Origin: an uncultured Ruminococcus sp.
GTDB lineage: Bacteria; Bacillota; Clostridia; Oscillospirales; Ruminococcaceae
Assembly (NCBI GenBank): GCA_900539835.1
Contig: UQDR01000006.1
Span: 34,255-98,254 of the forward strand
Direction: 5' to 3'
Length of the DNA stretch: 64,000 bases
Shown here piece by piece: positions 10,317 through 20,494 of the stretch; the first letter of the stretch is position 1, and each line of letters begins with the position of its first letter. Made by a program: the position numbers and the translations under genes. The notes beneath the pieces were generated by a model. It searched no databases, was not told where the DNA came from, and saw only the letters and a list, made by a program, of their open reading frames with translations.

Positions 10317-10810
10317 TGTTGACATTTGAAAAGGTAAATACACAGGAAAGTATCAGAAAAACAGCCGAGCTTGCAAAAGAAATCTGGAATAATTATTTTA
10401 TTACTATTATAACCCAAAGTCAGATAGATTATATGATTGATAAATTCCAGTCTGAAATGTCTATGACTGAGCAGATAAAATCAGGCTATGAGTATTATAA
10501 TTTTGTGCTTGATAATGAGATAATAGGATATTTTGCGGTGTGTCCAAAAGAGGACAATACATTATTTCTTTCAAAGCTGTATTTGAAAAAGGCATACCGT
10601 GGCAATGGCTATGCCCGAAAGGCTTTTGAGTTTATCAAACAGCTTGCAAAGGAAAAGGGCTGTAATATGATTTGGCTGACTGTCAATAAGCGCAACGATG
10701 ACAGCATTGCCATATATAAAAAGTTTGGAATGGAAATAATCCGAAGCGAAGTGACCGATATCGGAAACGGATATGTTATGGACGACTTTGTTTTTGGGTT
10801 GAAAATTTAG
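10316..10810 (+). CDS. GNAT family N-acetyltransferase
   Basis: Acetyl-CoA binding motif RGNGYARKAF. TAATG start/stop overlap with the upstream gene. Confidence 0.75.
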   Translation: MLTFEKVNTQESIRKTAELAKEIWNNYFITIITQSQIDYMIDKFQSEMSMTEQIKSGYEYYNFVLDNEIIGYFAVCPKEDNTLFLSKLYLKKAYRGNGYARKAFEFIKQLAKEKGCNMIWLTVNKRNDDSIAIYKKFGMEIIRSEVTDIGNGYVMDDFVFGLKI

Positions 10811-10890
10811 GGGCTATTAAAGTTTCTTCTACTAAATAATGTGGGTACACAAAAACAGGTAAGTAATTGATAAAATTACTTACCTGTTTT

Positions 10891-11106
10891 TTATTTTTTG
10901 TGGTTTGTCCTGCCAAGGATATAGTCTGTTGAAACATCATAAAAGTCCGCTAAAATAAGCAGATGTTCAACAGGGATTGTTCTCACACCACGTTCATATC
11001 TTGAATATACCGTTTGGCTTGTATATAACAAATCAGCAATTTGCGTCTGATTCATATCCATATCTTCTCGCAAATCCTTTAATCGTTGAAAATACATAAA
11101 AATCAC
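10891..11106 (-). CDS. XRE family HTH transcriptional regulator
   Basis: 71 aa with an HTH_3 signature (QTQIADLLYTSQTVYSRYERG). Confidence 0.75.
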   Translation of the reverse strand: MIFMYFQRLKDLREDMDMNQTQIADLLYTSQTVYSRYERGVRTIPVEHLLILADFYDVSTDYILGRTNHKK

Positions 11107-11339
11107 CTCAAAATTTTGGTTAATATGTAGAAAAATATTTTAGTATCAAACGGTACTATTGACAAACTTTGTACATTAATGTATAATTGTTAGTGTTAAG
11201 ACCATTTGATACTATTAACTGTAACATATAATCGATATATGTCGTGTTGGTTAAGACCGCTTGGCACTATTGTCAAAACAATTTATAAAAGTTTTTGTAT
11301 TAAATGGTTTTAGTAATTATTTTAATGGAGGGTATAAAA

Positions 11340-11603
11340 ATGGAGGAAAAAAATAGCGTGGGTTTATCTGTTGCGTCAATGGTGTTAGGAATATGCTCAT
11401 TAGTATTAGGTTGCTGTTTTTGGTATGTTTCAATTCCATGCGCAATAGTAGGGGTTATCCTTGGAGGAATTAGCTTATCTAAGAAAAAGGGCGGAAAAGG
11501 AATGGCTGTTGCTGGTGTGGTAACAAGTATAATCGGTCTTGTTCCTGCAATTATAGGCATTGCACTGGGCGGTTCCATTTTTGCATCTTTAGGTTTATTC
11601 TAA
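11340..11603 (+). CDS. DUF4190-like small membrane protein
   Basis: Gly-rich two-TM protein. Start moved to the internal ATG carrying a GGAGGG RBS. Confidence 0.5.
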   Translation: MEEKNSVGLSVASMVLGICSLVLGCCFWYVSIPCAIVGVILGGISLSKKKGGKGMAVAGVVTSIIGLVPAIIGIALGGSIFASLGLF

Positions 11604-11604
11604 T

Positions 11605-12021
11605 TTGAGGGTATACAACAAAAAATCTGTAATGCATAAAACAACTAAATTTACTGCGCTTATTGTACCGTTTATACTTTTAAGCGCAGTTTTCTTTCGC
11701 AGTTATTTAATTGCTATTACAGAGTATTTCCCTAAATGCTGGTTTCATGAGGTGACTGGATGGCTTTGTCCTGCTTGCGGAAATACAAGAAGCGTAAAAG
11801 CGTTATTAAAAGGGGATTTAATAACTTCATTTAGATACAATATTGTTCCGCTTTTATGTTGTATTATTGCCGCAATATTTTACGTTGAATTATTGACTTT
11901 TTGCTTTGGAGAGCATAAAGCTATTTTCCCAAGAAGTTGCAAATTTATAATCGTTTTAAGCCTTTTATTAAGTTTATATTTTATATTAAGAAATTTTGTT
12001 CCTTTTTTGTCCATGTGCTAA
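11605..12021 (+). CDS. DUF2752-like membrane protein
   Basis: Contains the CPxCGxTR motif. Confidence 0.5.
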   Translation: MRVYNKKSVMHKTTKFTALIVPFILLSAVFFRSYLIAITEYFPKCWFHEVTGWLCPACGNTRSVKALLKGDLITSFRYNIVPLLCCIIAAIFYVELLTFCFGEHKAIFPRSCKFIIVLSLLLSLYFILRNFVPFLSMC

Positions 12022-12172
12022 ATATTTTTAAGGAGGTAATTTTGTGAAGAAACGTAATTTAATTATAGTAAGTTTATCTGTGTTAGCTGTTACTTTGATT
12101 TCGAGTTTTATTATTTCTGTCATTAAAAATATCTCAATTATTAAAAACAGAGATAAAAAACAGTAATTATTT

Positions 12173-12661
12173 TTGAAAAGATATGTGAATAGAGGAAATG
12201 AGATAATGAAACGCTGTATATCCATTATGCTAATTTGTGTGTTTGCAACATTTTTTCTTTATGGCTGTAATGTCGGAAAAAGCGATGAGGAACTTATAAA
12301 TGACCGTATAGACGTATTTTTAACTGCTTATAACTCAGGAGATTATGAAGAAGTATTAAATTGCTTTACAGGTAAATTGAAAAATACGTTAAAAGCCGCC
12401 ACAGGAATCGGTAATGCCTTAATGGGCGGAATAACAGGTTTCGACATTAATATGGCAGACCTTTTTGGGTTAGGGGCAGGTATCTTATCAGAGGGAGATA
12501 TATTAACCGTGTCCAATATAGAAATTATGTTTCAGGATGACACAACCGCTAACGCAGAAACTATACTTAATTTTAATGTAAATGGAACAGAAACTTCTGA
12601 AACTACTACTTTTATAATGTCTAAAGAAAATAATGATTGGTTTATAAAAAACATTAAATAA
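12173..12661 (+). CDS. lipoprotein (DUF4878-like)
   Basis: Signal peptide plus lipobox LYGC. The true start is probably 12206. Confidence 0.5.
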   Translation: MKRYVNRGNEIMKRCISIMLICVFATFFLYGCNVGKSDEELINDRIDVFLTAYNSGDYEEVLNCFTGKLKNTLKAATGIGNALMGGITGFDINMADLFGLGAGILSEGDILTVSNIEIMFQDDTTANAETILNFNVNGTETSETTTFIMSKENNDWFIKNIK

Positions 12662-12682
12662 AATAATAGGAGGAACAAACTT

Positions 12683-13528
12683 ATGAAAAAAGTAATTATA
12701 TATTTATTAGCATTATTAAATATTTTAATGTTTTCTGCTTGTGAGTCAAATGATAAAGATAAGAATCCATTTTTGGAATATGCCGAAAAAGAGGAAAACT
12801 CACAGGAAACAGAAGAATCTCAATATGAAACTATTGACCCATTTGAGGGACTTGAAGTGCAATTTGACGGAGCTTCACCATATCTGACTATCGGATTTAA
12901 CAATAGCAAATGCCGTCAGGAAGTTCAGGATTATGTTATATTCACTTGTGAACAAGAATTTTTTGCGAATGGTGATGTGGTGACTGTCAAAGCAGAATAT
13001 AATATTAATAATTTAAATGAATTAGGACTTACTATTGAAATAGACGAAAAAACTTATGAAGTTTCAGGATTCCCGGAATATGTAAACGACATCAGTAAAA
13101 TTGACACATCTGTACTGGATAAAGAGATTCAGGAGTATATGGATGCACATTATTTGGACATGTCTGGTGGATTTGGAATGGTTATGGATATTATGGGAGC
13201 AGGCATCTCTGGAGCATATGGATTTGATAAATTTATAAATAGTGAAGTGGAAGAAACATATTTATGCGTTAGAAAACCTAATAAACTTGATAAAGATGAG
13301 GACTATAATTTCTATTATAAAGTATATAAAAACACATATTCATTAGAAGGAGATCATACTGAAGAAATTTATGTTTGTATATATGTGAAAAATATAGTTT
13401 CTTATACAGACGGAACTTTAAAATATGAATCTGAACTGAGGCATAATGCAGATGAATCAAAAGAAGATGCTTTTTATGACGGTATCTCGTCCAAAAAAGA
13501 AGATTATAATGTAAGTAAAGTAGAATAA
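12683..13528 (+). CDS. lipoprotein, hypothetical
   Basis: Lipobox FSAC. 281 aa with an acidic mature domain. Confidence 0.5.
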   Translation: MKKVIIYLLALLNILMFSACESNDKDKNPFLEYAEKEENSQETEESQYETIDPFEGLEVQFDGASPYLTIGFNNSKCRQEVQDYVIFTCEQEFFANGDVVTVKAEYNINNLNELGLTIEIDEKTYEVSGFPEYVNDISKIDTSVLDKEIQEYMDAHYLDMSGGFGMVMDIMGAGISGAYGFDKFINSEVEETYLCVRKPNKLDKDEDYNFYYKVYKNTYSLEGDHTEEIYVCIYVKNIVSYTDGTLKYESELRHNADESKEDAFYDGISSKKEDYNVSKVE

Positions 13529-13654
13529 AGCAACAAGAGCCGCTGAAATCTGTTCAGTGGCTCATTTAATTATTTAGCATTTGTTAAATGGAAAAACATC
13601 GTAGGGGCGACCTTAGATCGCCCTTTGTCTTTTTAACAAAAATAAAAAACAGCA

Positions 13655-13690
13655 TAAAAACGGGCGTACAAAGTACGCCCCGTTTTCACG
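13655..13690. terminator. bidirectional rho-independent terminator
   Basis: AAAACGGGCGTAC..GTACGCCCCGTTTT, a hairpin flanked by an A-run and a T-run. It serves the 12683 gene and prfC. Confidence 0.7.
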
Positions 13691-13742
13691 CAACCATTGT
13701 GATTAATATTCTGTCATTGTATATGCCCCGTGCGGCTGAGCA

Positions 13743-15353
13743 CTATTGCAAATCCCCTCTATTGAATTCCGAAAGCTCAAGTCCCTCGTTTCTCTCCAAT
13801 GCCCAGCGTATGTTCCATTCGCTGGTGAATAAGAGAAGATAATTTCCTTTTAAATCCTGTACGAGCTTTGTGTCACTGCTCAGCTTCAAAGACTTGGGGT
13901 CAATGTCTTTGTTGTCTATCCATCGAATGTATGAGAAAGGAAGTCCCTCTTTTACCATTTCAACATTGTATTCATTCTTCATTCGATAGTCAAATACATC
14001 AAATTGAAGTACACCTACAACGCCGACAATAACCTCTTCCATTCCCGTGAAAGGCTCTTGGAATATCTGAATCGCACCCTCCTGTGCAATTTGAGAAATG
14101 CCCTTGACAAATTGTTTTCTCTTCATGGTGTCCTTAGCCCTTACTCGTTCAAAATGCTCCGGTGCAAAGGTTGGTATGCCCTCAAATTCAAATTTCTTTT
14201 TCGGCGAACAAACCGTGTCGCCTATTGAGAAAATTCCCGGGTCAAATACTCCGATAATATCTCCCGCATAAGCCTCGTCAATAATCTCTCTTTCCTGAGC
14301 CATGATCTGCTGAGGCTGAGAAAGCCTCATCTTTTTGTTTCCCTGAACGTGGAGCACATCCATATCCCTGTCAAACTTTCCTGAACAGATTCTCATGAAT
14401 GTGATTCTGTCACGGTGAGCCTTGTTCATGTTAGCTTGAATCTTGAATACAAATGCGGAAAAATCTTCGCTGAATGGGTCGACAAGTCCCTCAGTAGAGT
14501 TTCTTGCGGTAGGAGAAGACGTCATTTCAAGGAAGTTTTCAAGAAAAGGCTCAACGCCGAAGTTTGTCAAAGCCGATCCAAAGAAAACAGGTGAAAGTTC
14601 ACCCCTGTGAACTGCTTCTAAATCAAATTCATCGCTTGCACCGTCAAGAAGCTCAATGTCATCCATAATGGTGCTTCGGTTTTCCTCTCCGATTAGATCA
14701 GACAGTGACGGATCGCTTAAATCCACCTCGGTTGCCGCAACTCTGTGCTGACCATTGTTAGCTTCAAATGAAATAATGTGCTTTTTGTCACGGTCATAAA
14801 CACCCCTGAAATCCTTTCCGGAGCTTATAGGCCAGTTTACAGGATATGTGCGAATGCCCAGTTCGCTTTCAATTTGCTCAAGTAAATCAAAAGGATTTCT
14901 TGATTCCCTGTCCATCTTGTTGATAAAAGTAAAAATCGGAATGTGGCGCATTACGCATACCTTAAAAAGCTTTCTTGTCTGGTTTTCAACACCCTTTGAA
15001 GCATCAATAACCATGACCGCCGAATCAGCAGCCATAAGCGTGCGGTATGTGTCCTCGGAAAAGTCCTGATGTCCTGGAGTATCCAGAATGTTAATGCAAA
15101 AGCCCTTGTATTGAAACTGCATTACCGAAGAAGTAACTGAAATTCCCCTCTGTTTTTCGATTTCCATCCAGTCAGATACAGCGTGACGTGCAGATTTCTT
15201 GCCCTTTACTGCTCCTGCCTGTGCAATAGCGCCGCCGTAAAGCAGAAACTTTTCAGTAAGCGTTGTTTTACCAGCGTCAGGGTGAGATATAATAGCAAAT
15301 GTGCGTCTGCGTTTTATTTCCTTTTCTAACTCGCTCAAAATTCTTTCCTCCAA
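13743..15353 (-). CDS. prfC: peptide chain release factor 3
   Basis: G-domain motifs AIISHPDAGKTT, DTPGH and NKMD. 536 aa. Confidence 0.9.
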   Translation of the reverse strand: MEERILSELEKEIKRRRTFAIISHPDAGKTTLTEKFLLYGGAIAQAGAVKGKKSARHAVSDWMEIEKQRGISVTSSVMQFQYKGFCINILDTPGHQDFSEDTYRTLMAADSAVMVIDASKGVENQTRKLFKVCVMRHIPIFTFINKMDRESRNPFDLLEQIESELGIRTYPVNWPISSGKDFRGVYDRDKKHIISFEANNGQHRVAATEVDLSDPSLSDLIGEENRSTIMDDIELLDGASDEFDLEAVHRGELSPVFFGSALTNFGVEPFLENFLEMTSSPTARNSTEGLVDPFSEDFSAFVFKIQANMNKAHRDRITFMRICSGKFDRDMDVLHVQGNKKMRLSQPQQIMAQEREIIDEAYAGDIIGVFDPGIFSIGDTVCSPKKKFEFEGIPTFAPEHFERVRAKDTMKRKQFVKGISQIAQEGAIQIFQEPFTGMEEVIVGVVGVLQFDVFDYRMKNEYNVEMVKEGLPFSYIRWIDNKDIDPKSLKLSSDTKLVQDLKGNYLLLFTSEWNIRWALERNEGLELSEFNRGDLQ

Positions 15354-15596
15354 AATAAAAAATCAATATCCTTAATATTATACAACAACAGCAAAACATA
15401 GTCAAGATATTACCTGCAATAATATAAAAACAGTAAAAATAATGGCGAAAAATAGATGCAGGAAAAATTAAATATTCCATATAATAAATTCACCGTTTTT
15501 TTACCTTATAAAACCTTTACTTTTAAGCCGTGTTATGATATGATAAAAAACAGACATTGCATTAAATATTAAGTTAAAATCAGAAAGGATAAAAAT

Positions 15597-16100
15597 ATGA
15601 CAGATTCACTTATAAACTGGTTTACAACCAACCTTGACGGACTGCCGAAAGAACTTATAGTTTTTATAATTTCAATGGTGCCGATTCTTGAATTAAGAGG
15701 CGGTTTTGTCGCCGCAGCATTGCTTAAAATCCCTTATCTTCAAGCTGTGCCGATCTGTATAATCGGAAATATCATACCTATTCCATTTATACTTTTGTTT
15801 ATAAAAAAGATATTTGCTTGGATGAAAACGAGAAAAACCTTTAAAGGAATGGTGGAAAAGCTTGAAACAAAATCTCTCTCAAAAGCCGATACTATACGGA
15901 AATATGAGTTTTTAGGACTGCTGCTCTTTGTAGGAATCCCATTGCCGGGAACAGGTGCATGGACGGGTTCGTTAATTGCTTGTCTGCTGGATGTTAAAAT
16001 GAAAAAAGCAGTTCCGGCTATCTTCTTGGGACTTATTCTTGCAACACTTATCATGAGCTTTATTACATATGTTATGCCATACTTAATTTCTTTGATTTAA
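15597..16100 (+). CDS. COG2426 small multidrug-export family membrane protein
   Basis: 167 aa, 4 TM segments. Confidence 0.5.
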   Translation: MTDSLINWFTTNLDGLPKELIVFIISMVPILELRGGFVAAALLKIPYLQAVPICIIGNIIPIPFILLFIKKIFAWMKTRKTFKGMVEKLETKSLSKADTIRKYEFLGLLLFVGIPLPGTGAWTGSLIACLLDVKMKKAVPAIFLGLILATLIMSFITYVMPYLISLI

Positions 16101-16167
16101 TTAGGCACTTGATTATGCATATAAGCCATTAAAAATAAGTGTAAAGGGAATGTGAAGGTAAATAAAA

Positions 16168-16701
16168 ATGCAGTATACAACTACATATCAGTCACCTCTT
16201 GGCGGAATCCTTTTAGCGGCTGACGACCTTGGCTTGACCGGACTCTGGTTTGAGGGACAAAAGTATTTTGCTCTGTATTTGGATAAAGAACATCAAGAAA
16301 AAGAATTACCTGTGCTTATTGAGGCAAAAAGATGGCTGGATATCTATTTTTCAGGACACGAGCCGAATTTTAAGCTGCCGCTTCATTTTAAGGGAACAAG
16401 CTTTCAGAATGAGGTGTGGGAAGTTCTTTATTCGATTCCATATGGTGAAACGATGACTTATGGTGAAATTGCCAAACAGCTTGCACAAAAGCGGGGAATT
16501 TCTCATATGTCAGCACAGGCTGTGGGAGGAGCAGTCGGTCGTAACGAAATTTCAATAATCGTGCCCTGCCACCGTGTAGTCGGTTCTAACGGAAGCCTGA
16601 CGGGATATGCAGGAGGTATTTCTAAAAAAATAAAGCTTCTGAAGTTAGAGGGAGCATTAAAAGATAGTTTTTATGTGCCGAAAAGGAGCACAGCACCATG
16701 A
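16168..16701 (+). CDS. ogt: methylated-DNA-protein-cysteine methyltransferase
   Basis: Active-site PCHRV motif. 177 aa. Confidence 0.85.
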   Translation: MQYTTTYQSPLGGILLAADDLGLTGLWFEGQKYFALYLDKEHQEKELPVLIEAKRWLDIYFSGHEPNFKLPLHFKGTSFQNEVWEVLYSIPYGETMTYGEIAKQLAQKRGISHMSAQAVGGAVGRNEISIIVPCHRVVGSNGSLTGYAGGISKKIKLLKLEGALKDSFYVPKRSTAP

Positions 16702-17006
16702 AACGAATTCTGCAAGAAGATTTAATTTATGAGATTCTCTCTGTTGTAGAAGAAATCCCGAAAGGCAGCGTTGCTACTTATGGACAGATTGCTAAACTGA
16801 TAGGAAGAGATAAAAATTCACGTTTAGTAGGAAAAGTGCTTAGTATGTCACAGTATTACGGAAACTATCCCTGCCACAGAGTTGTCAATCATGCAGGACG
16901 GTTAGCACCGGGGTGGACAGAACAGCGATTTCTGTTGGAAAATGAGGGCGTAACCTTGAAAAATGGAAATCATGTGGATTTGAAACGTTTTCAATGGCAG
17001 TGTTAA
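16698..17006 (+). CDS. MGMT family DNA-binding domain protein (second, short Ogt-like)
   Basis: 102 aa. Contains YPCHRVV. The ATGA overlap suggests translational coupling to ogt. Confidence 0.75.
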   Translation: MKRILQEDLIYEILSVVEEIPKGSVATYGQIAKLIGRDKNSRLVGKVLSMSQYYGNYPCHRVVNHAGRLAPGWTEQRFLLENEGVTLKNGNHVDLKRFQWQC

Positions 17007-17081
17007 AAAGTATGGCTTGAATTTCCATTTTAACAAAAAGTATTACGTTTAATAGTTTATAGATTGAAAAAGAACACCGCA

Positions 17082-17573
17082 TTAATCAGCGGTGTTTTTT
17101 TGTTTTCTGAAATTTAAAAATAGCTTTGTAATACCAAAAGCAATAAGTGCTCCCAACATTGCCCCTGCCGTGTCGATTAAAATATCACGGATTTCATTGC
17201 TTCGTCCCGGTACGAAATATTGGTGAATTTCGTCTGAACAAGCGTATAAAAAAGAAAATCCTACAGCAATAGAATAACGAAGCTTTGCCTTGATATCAAA
17301 AAGCGCAAACCAGCTTAAGAATCCTAAAATACCATAAGCCGTAAAGTGAGCACATTTTCTTACAGCAAATTGAAGATGTTCAATAAATTCTTCACGCTGT
17401 AAACCGCTGAAATCGCCGAATTCGGGTATGATAAAATTGCAGAAGGCTTCTATTAATCCTCCGCTTGTTTTTGAAGATTCACTTGCCGATTGTGAAGAAA
17501 AACTGAATATAACAGCGCACCACCCAATAACAAGCGCTGTGGTTATTAATCTTTTATAGTTTAAATTGATCAT
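17082..17573 (-). CDS. VanZ family membrane protein
   Basis: 163 aa, 4 TM segments, VanZ-like hydropathy. Confidence 0.5.
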   Translation of the reverse strand: MINLNYKRLITTALVIGWCAVIFSFSSQSASESSKTSGGLIEAFCNFIIPEFGDFSGLQREEFIEHLQFAVRKCAHFTAYGILGFLSWFALFDIKAKLRYSIAVGFSFLYACSDEIHQYFVPGRSNEIRDILIDTAGAMLGALIAFGITKLFLNFRKQKNTAD

Positions 17574-18901
17574 TTTATATTGTCCTTAATGTATTCTAAA
17601 AGTGCGGTTTTGTCATTTTTGATTTTGTCCTCAATTACCAATTCAAGCAGCTTTTCAAGCCAAATTCCAATATTTCTTCCGTCTAACCCCAGTGCAATCA
17701 AATCATTTCCGTTAACGGCAAGATCAGATATCTTAAGACATGTATCCTGATCGGCAAGTTCAATCGTAAGCCTTGCAATTTCGTCTAATTCAGCTAATTT
17801 TTCAGCACGGCGATAATCTGATTGAGCATATGTGTCACCACGTCTGACTTCAAGATAATCAAGCATAAATTGAAAATCATATTTTGAGATAAATCGCTTT
17901 ACACTGTGCATATCCGCAGGGATTCTGTTGTCATGCTCCCATATAAGGTCATGTATATATGAAATTGACCGGCTGTCAAATCTGAGGCGTTTTAATATTT
18001 CATCAGCCATTTTTGCACTGACAAATTGATGCTTTTTGAAGTGTGAAACGCCGTTTTCATCTTTCGTTGCCATTGAAGGCTTCCCTATGTCATGCAAAAG
18101 CATGGCAGTTCTTATAACAGGCTCAGGGCGTACAAATGAAACGCTTTTTATAATGTGTTCCCATATGTCATAGCAATGATGAGGATTGTTTTGAGCGAAT
18201 CCGAAGCAAGGTCTTATTTCGGGTATTATAACGGCGATTATTTCCTTATATTCAGATAAAACCTTTTCTGCCGCTTTTCCGCATAACAGCTTTTTTAGTT
18301 CTTCGGAAATTCTCTCCGAGGAAATGCATTCAAGAAGCTGTTTTTTTTCAAACATTGCCCTTTTAGTTCCGTCATGTATTTTAAAATCAAGAACTGAAGC
18401 AAAACGCAAACCTCTCAGAATCCGTAAGGCGTCCTCTTCAAAACGCTGAGAAGCATTCCCTACGCATCTTAATATTCCGTTGTGTAAGTCCTTTTGACTT
18501 CCGAAAAGATCAATGACCTCATCAGACTTACAGCAGCACATTGCGTTTATTGTGAAGTCACGCCGCTCAAGATCAAGATAAAGATCGTCTACAAATTTGA
18601 CTTGAGCGGGCTTGCGATGATTTTCATATTCACCGTCACTGCGAAAGGTGGTTATCTCAATCAATTCATTTTCTATCATAATCGTAACAGTTCCGTGCTT
18701 TAAACCCGTGTCAATGGTTCTGAAGCCTTCAAAAACTTCTTTCATTTTTTCAGGGCGGCAGTTAGTGCATATGTCCCAGTCATGAGGTGTTTTGCCTAAA
18801 AGAGAATCACGAATACAGCCTCCGACTGCATAAGCAGTGTAACCGTTATGTTCAAGTATGTCAATTGCTTGTCTTGCGTGTTCGGGAATAAATATTTCCA
18901 T
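17570..18901 (-). CDS. cca: CCA-adding tRNA nucleotidyltransferase
   Basis: Pol-beta NTase head motif GGCIRDSLLG..DWD plus an HD domain. Confidence 0.8.
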   Translation of the reverse strand: MEIFIPEHARQAIDILEHNGYTAYAVGGCIRDSLLGKTPHDWDICTNCRPEKMKEVFEGFRTIDTGLKHGTVTIMIENELIEITTFRSDGEYENHRKPAQVKFVDDLYLDLERRDFTINAMCCCKSDEVIDLFGSQKDLHNGILRCVGNASQRFEEDALRILRGLRFASVLDFKIHDGTKRAMFEKKQLLECISSERISEELKKLLCGKAAEKVLSEYKEIIAVIIPEIRPCFGFAQNNPHHCYDIWEHIIKSVSFVRPEPVIRTAMLLHDIGKPSMATKDENGVSHFKKHQFVSAKMADEILKRLRFDSRSISYIHDLIWEHDNRIPADMHSVKRFISKYDFQFMLDYLEVRRGDTYAQSDYRRAEKLAELDEIARLTIELADQDTCLKISDLAVNGNDLIALGLDGRNIGIWLEKLLELVIEDKIKNDKTALLEYIKDNIK

Positions 18902-18955
18902 GTGATTTCTCCTTTCGGTAATATTTTCTCATTTTTGGTGCAAAATAATCCTGTT

Positions 18956-20494
18956 ATGGATAAGAATAAATTAAAGCAAACTGTTCCGCTGATAGTTTCA
19001 GGATTACTTACAGGTGCACTTCAGGTAAGCTTTTCTGTTCCCATGCTTGCTTTTGTAAGTATTGTTCCTCTTATTTCGTCAGTGTATAAATTCAAGTCTG
19101 AAAAAGACTATTACTTTAAAATAATTACTTTTTTACTGCCTTATTATTTGGTTCAAACAGCTTTTCTTATTACTGTTTTTGAACTTATTGAGGTACCGCT
19201 GATCCTTGGTATATTGATTTCAGCGCTGTTAGTTGCGGCTTTAACGTTATGGCTGACTTTACTGATGTTTATACCGCTGTGTCTTTATCCTTTTATACGA
19301 AGGGGTAAAGGATCAGATATGCTGTTTTTTATTTTGCTTTTTATTTTCGGAGAGTGTATAGCTGAATATGTGCCGTTTCTGTCTTTCCCATGGTCGGGAC
19401 TTTGGCTTTCGGTAATATCCGAACCATTGTTGACCCAGCCTGCCGCTTTATTAGGCTGCCGTTTTGTCAGCTTTATAATTCTTGCAGGAAATTGTTTTGT
19501 GGCAGCAGCTTTATACAATAAAAGCAAAAAAACAATTATAAAAAACGCTGCCTCATTTACTTTGATTTTGTTATTGACTGTCAGTTACAGCGCTGTCCAT
19601 ATTTCAGAGATAAAAAAGACTTGTGTAAATGCTGATACTATAAAAGCTATGGCGGCTCAGGATAATGTTGAGGGAAGAGATAAGGACGATGTAAGTCTTT
19701 CCGGAGCCGTAGACACTTATGTTTCTATTATGAAAGATAACTGGAAGGATGATATAAAGCTTGTAGTTCTCCCTGAAACTGCTGTACCCACAAGCTATGA
19801 TGAAAAGTCTGAGGAGTTTCAAAAGCTCTGCAATTTTGCCAAGGAAAAAAATACGACCGTTCTCACCGGATGCTTTCTTTCTAATAACCAAAAGAAATAT
19901 AATGCAATGTATTCTGTGACGTATGATGGCTTTTGCAAAACTCCTTATTTAAAACAAGTGCTTGTGCCCTTTGGCGAAAAAATACCGCTTGCTTCCTTTT
20001 GGGGGATTAGCACTTTGTCCTGCGGAGAAAAAACTGATAGCCACTGTCTTTTAACAGCTGATAAGATTAAAACTGCAAATGTGATCTGCATAGAGTCAAT
20101 TTATCCGTCGCTGACCCGTTGTCAGATAAAAGAGGGCGGAGAGATCCTCTGCATATCCACCAATGATTCATGGTTCGGCAGCAGCTATGCAAGATTTGCA
20201 CATTTTCGGCATAGCATTATGCGTTGCGTGGAGTCAGGAAGATACACCATAAGAGCGGGGAACTGCGGAATTTCCGCAATAATTTCCCCTTGGGGCGAGA
20301 TTATTGCGTCTGAGATACGTCCCATAAAAACTGCAATAACCGCTGATGTGAAATTGCTTAAAAACAAAAACCTATATACTCTTGTGGGAGATATAATCAT
20401 TTTGCCGGGAATGATTTTGTTCCTGATTTGTTTATTTAAACTTGTTGTTAAATACTTTAAAAGATTAAAATTCAAGCTTAAAAAGTCTTGCTGA
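18956..20494 (+). CDS. apolipoprotein N-acyltransferase-like CN-hydrolase membrane protein
   Basis: N-terminal polytopic domain plus a C-terminal nitrilase/CN-hydrolase domain. Start moved to the internal ATG at 18956 to avoid overlap with cca. Confidence 0.6.
   Translation: MDKNKLKQTVPLIVSGLLTGALQVSFSVPMLAFVSIVPLISSVYKFKSEKDYYFKIITFLLPYYLVQTAFLITVFELIEVPLILGILISALLVAALTLWLTLLMFIPLCLYPFIRRGKGSDMLFFILLFIFGECIAEYVPFLSFPWSGLWLSVISEPLLTQPAALLGCRFVSFIILAGNCFVAAALYNKSKKTIIKNAASFTLILLLTVSYSAVHISEIKKTCVNADTIKAMAAQDNVEGRDKDDVSLSGAVDTYVSIMKDNWKDDIKLVVLPETAVPTSYDEKSEEFQKLCNFAKEKNTTVLTGCFLSNNQKKYNAMYSVTYDGFCKTPYLKQVLVPFGEKIPLASFWGISTLSCGEKTDSHCLLTADKIKTANVICIESIYPSLTRCQIKEGGEILCISTNDSWFGSSYARFAHFRHSIMRCVESGRYTIRAGNCGISAIISPWGEIIASEIRPIKTAITADVKLLKNKNLYTLVGDIIILPGMILFLICLFKLVVKYFKRLKFKLKKSC

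Noticed and set aside
12028-12225. 65-aa minus-strand ORF
   Set aside because: It is AT-rich intergenic sequence, and the + strand carries a better small membrane ORF and the lipoprotein gene start.
18848-18955. N-terminal extension of the Lnt-like ORF overlapping the cca 3' end
   Set aside because: There is no RBS, and the first hydrophobic helix begins after the internal ATG at 18956.
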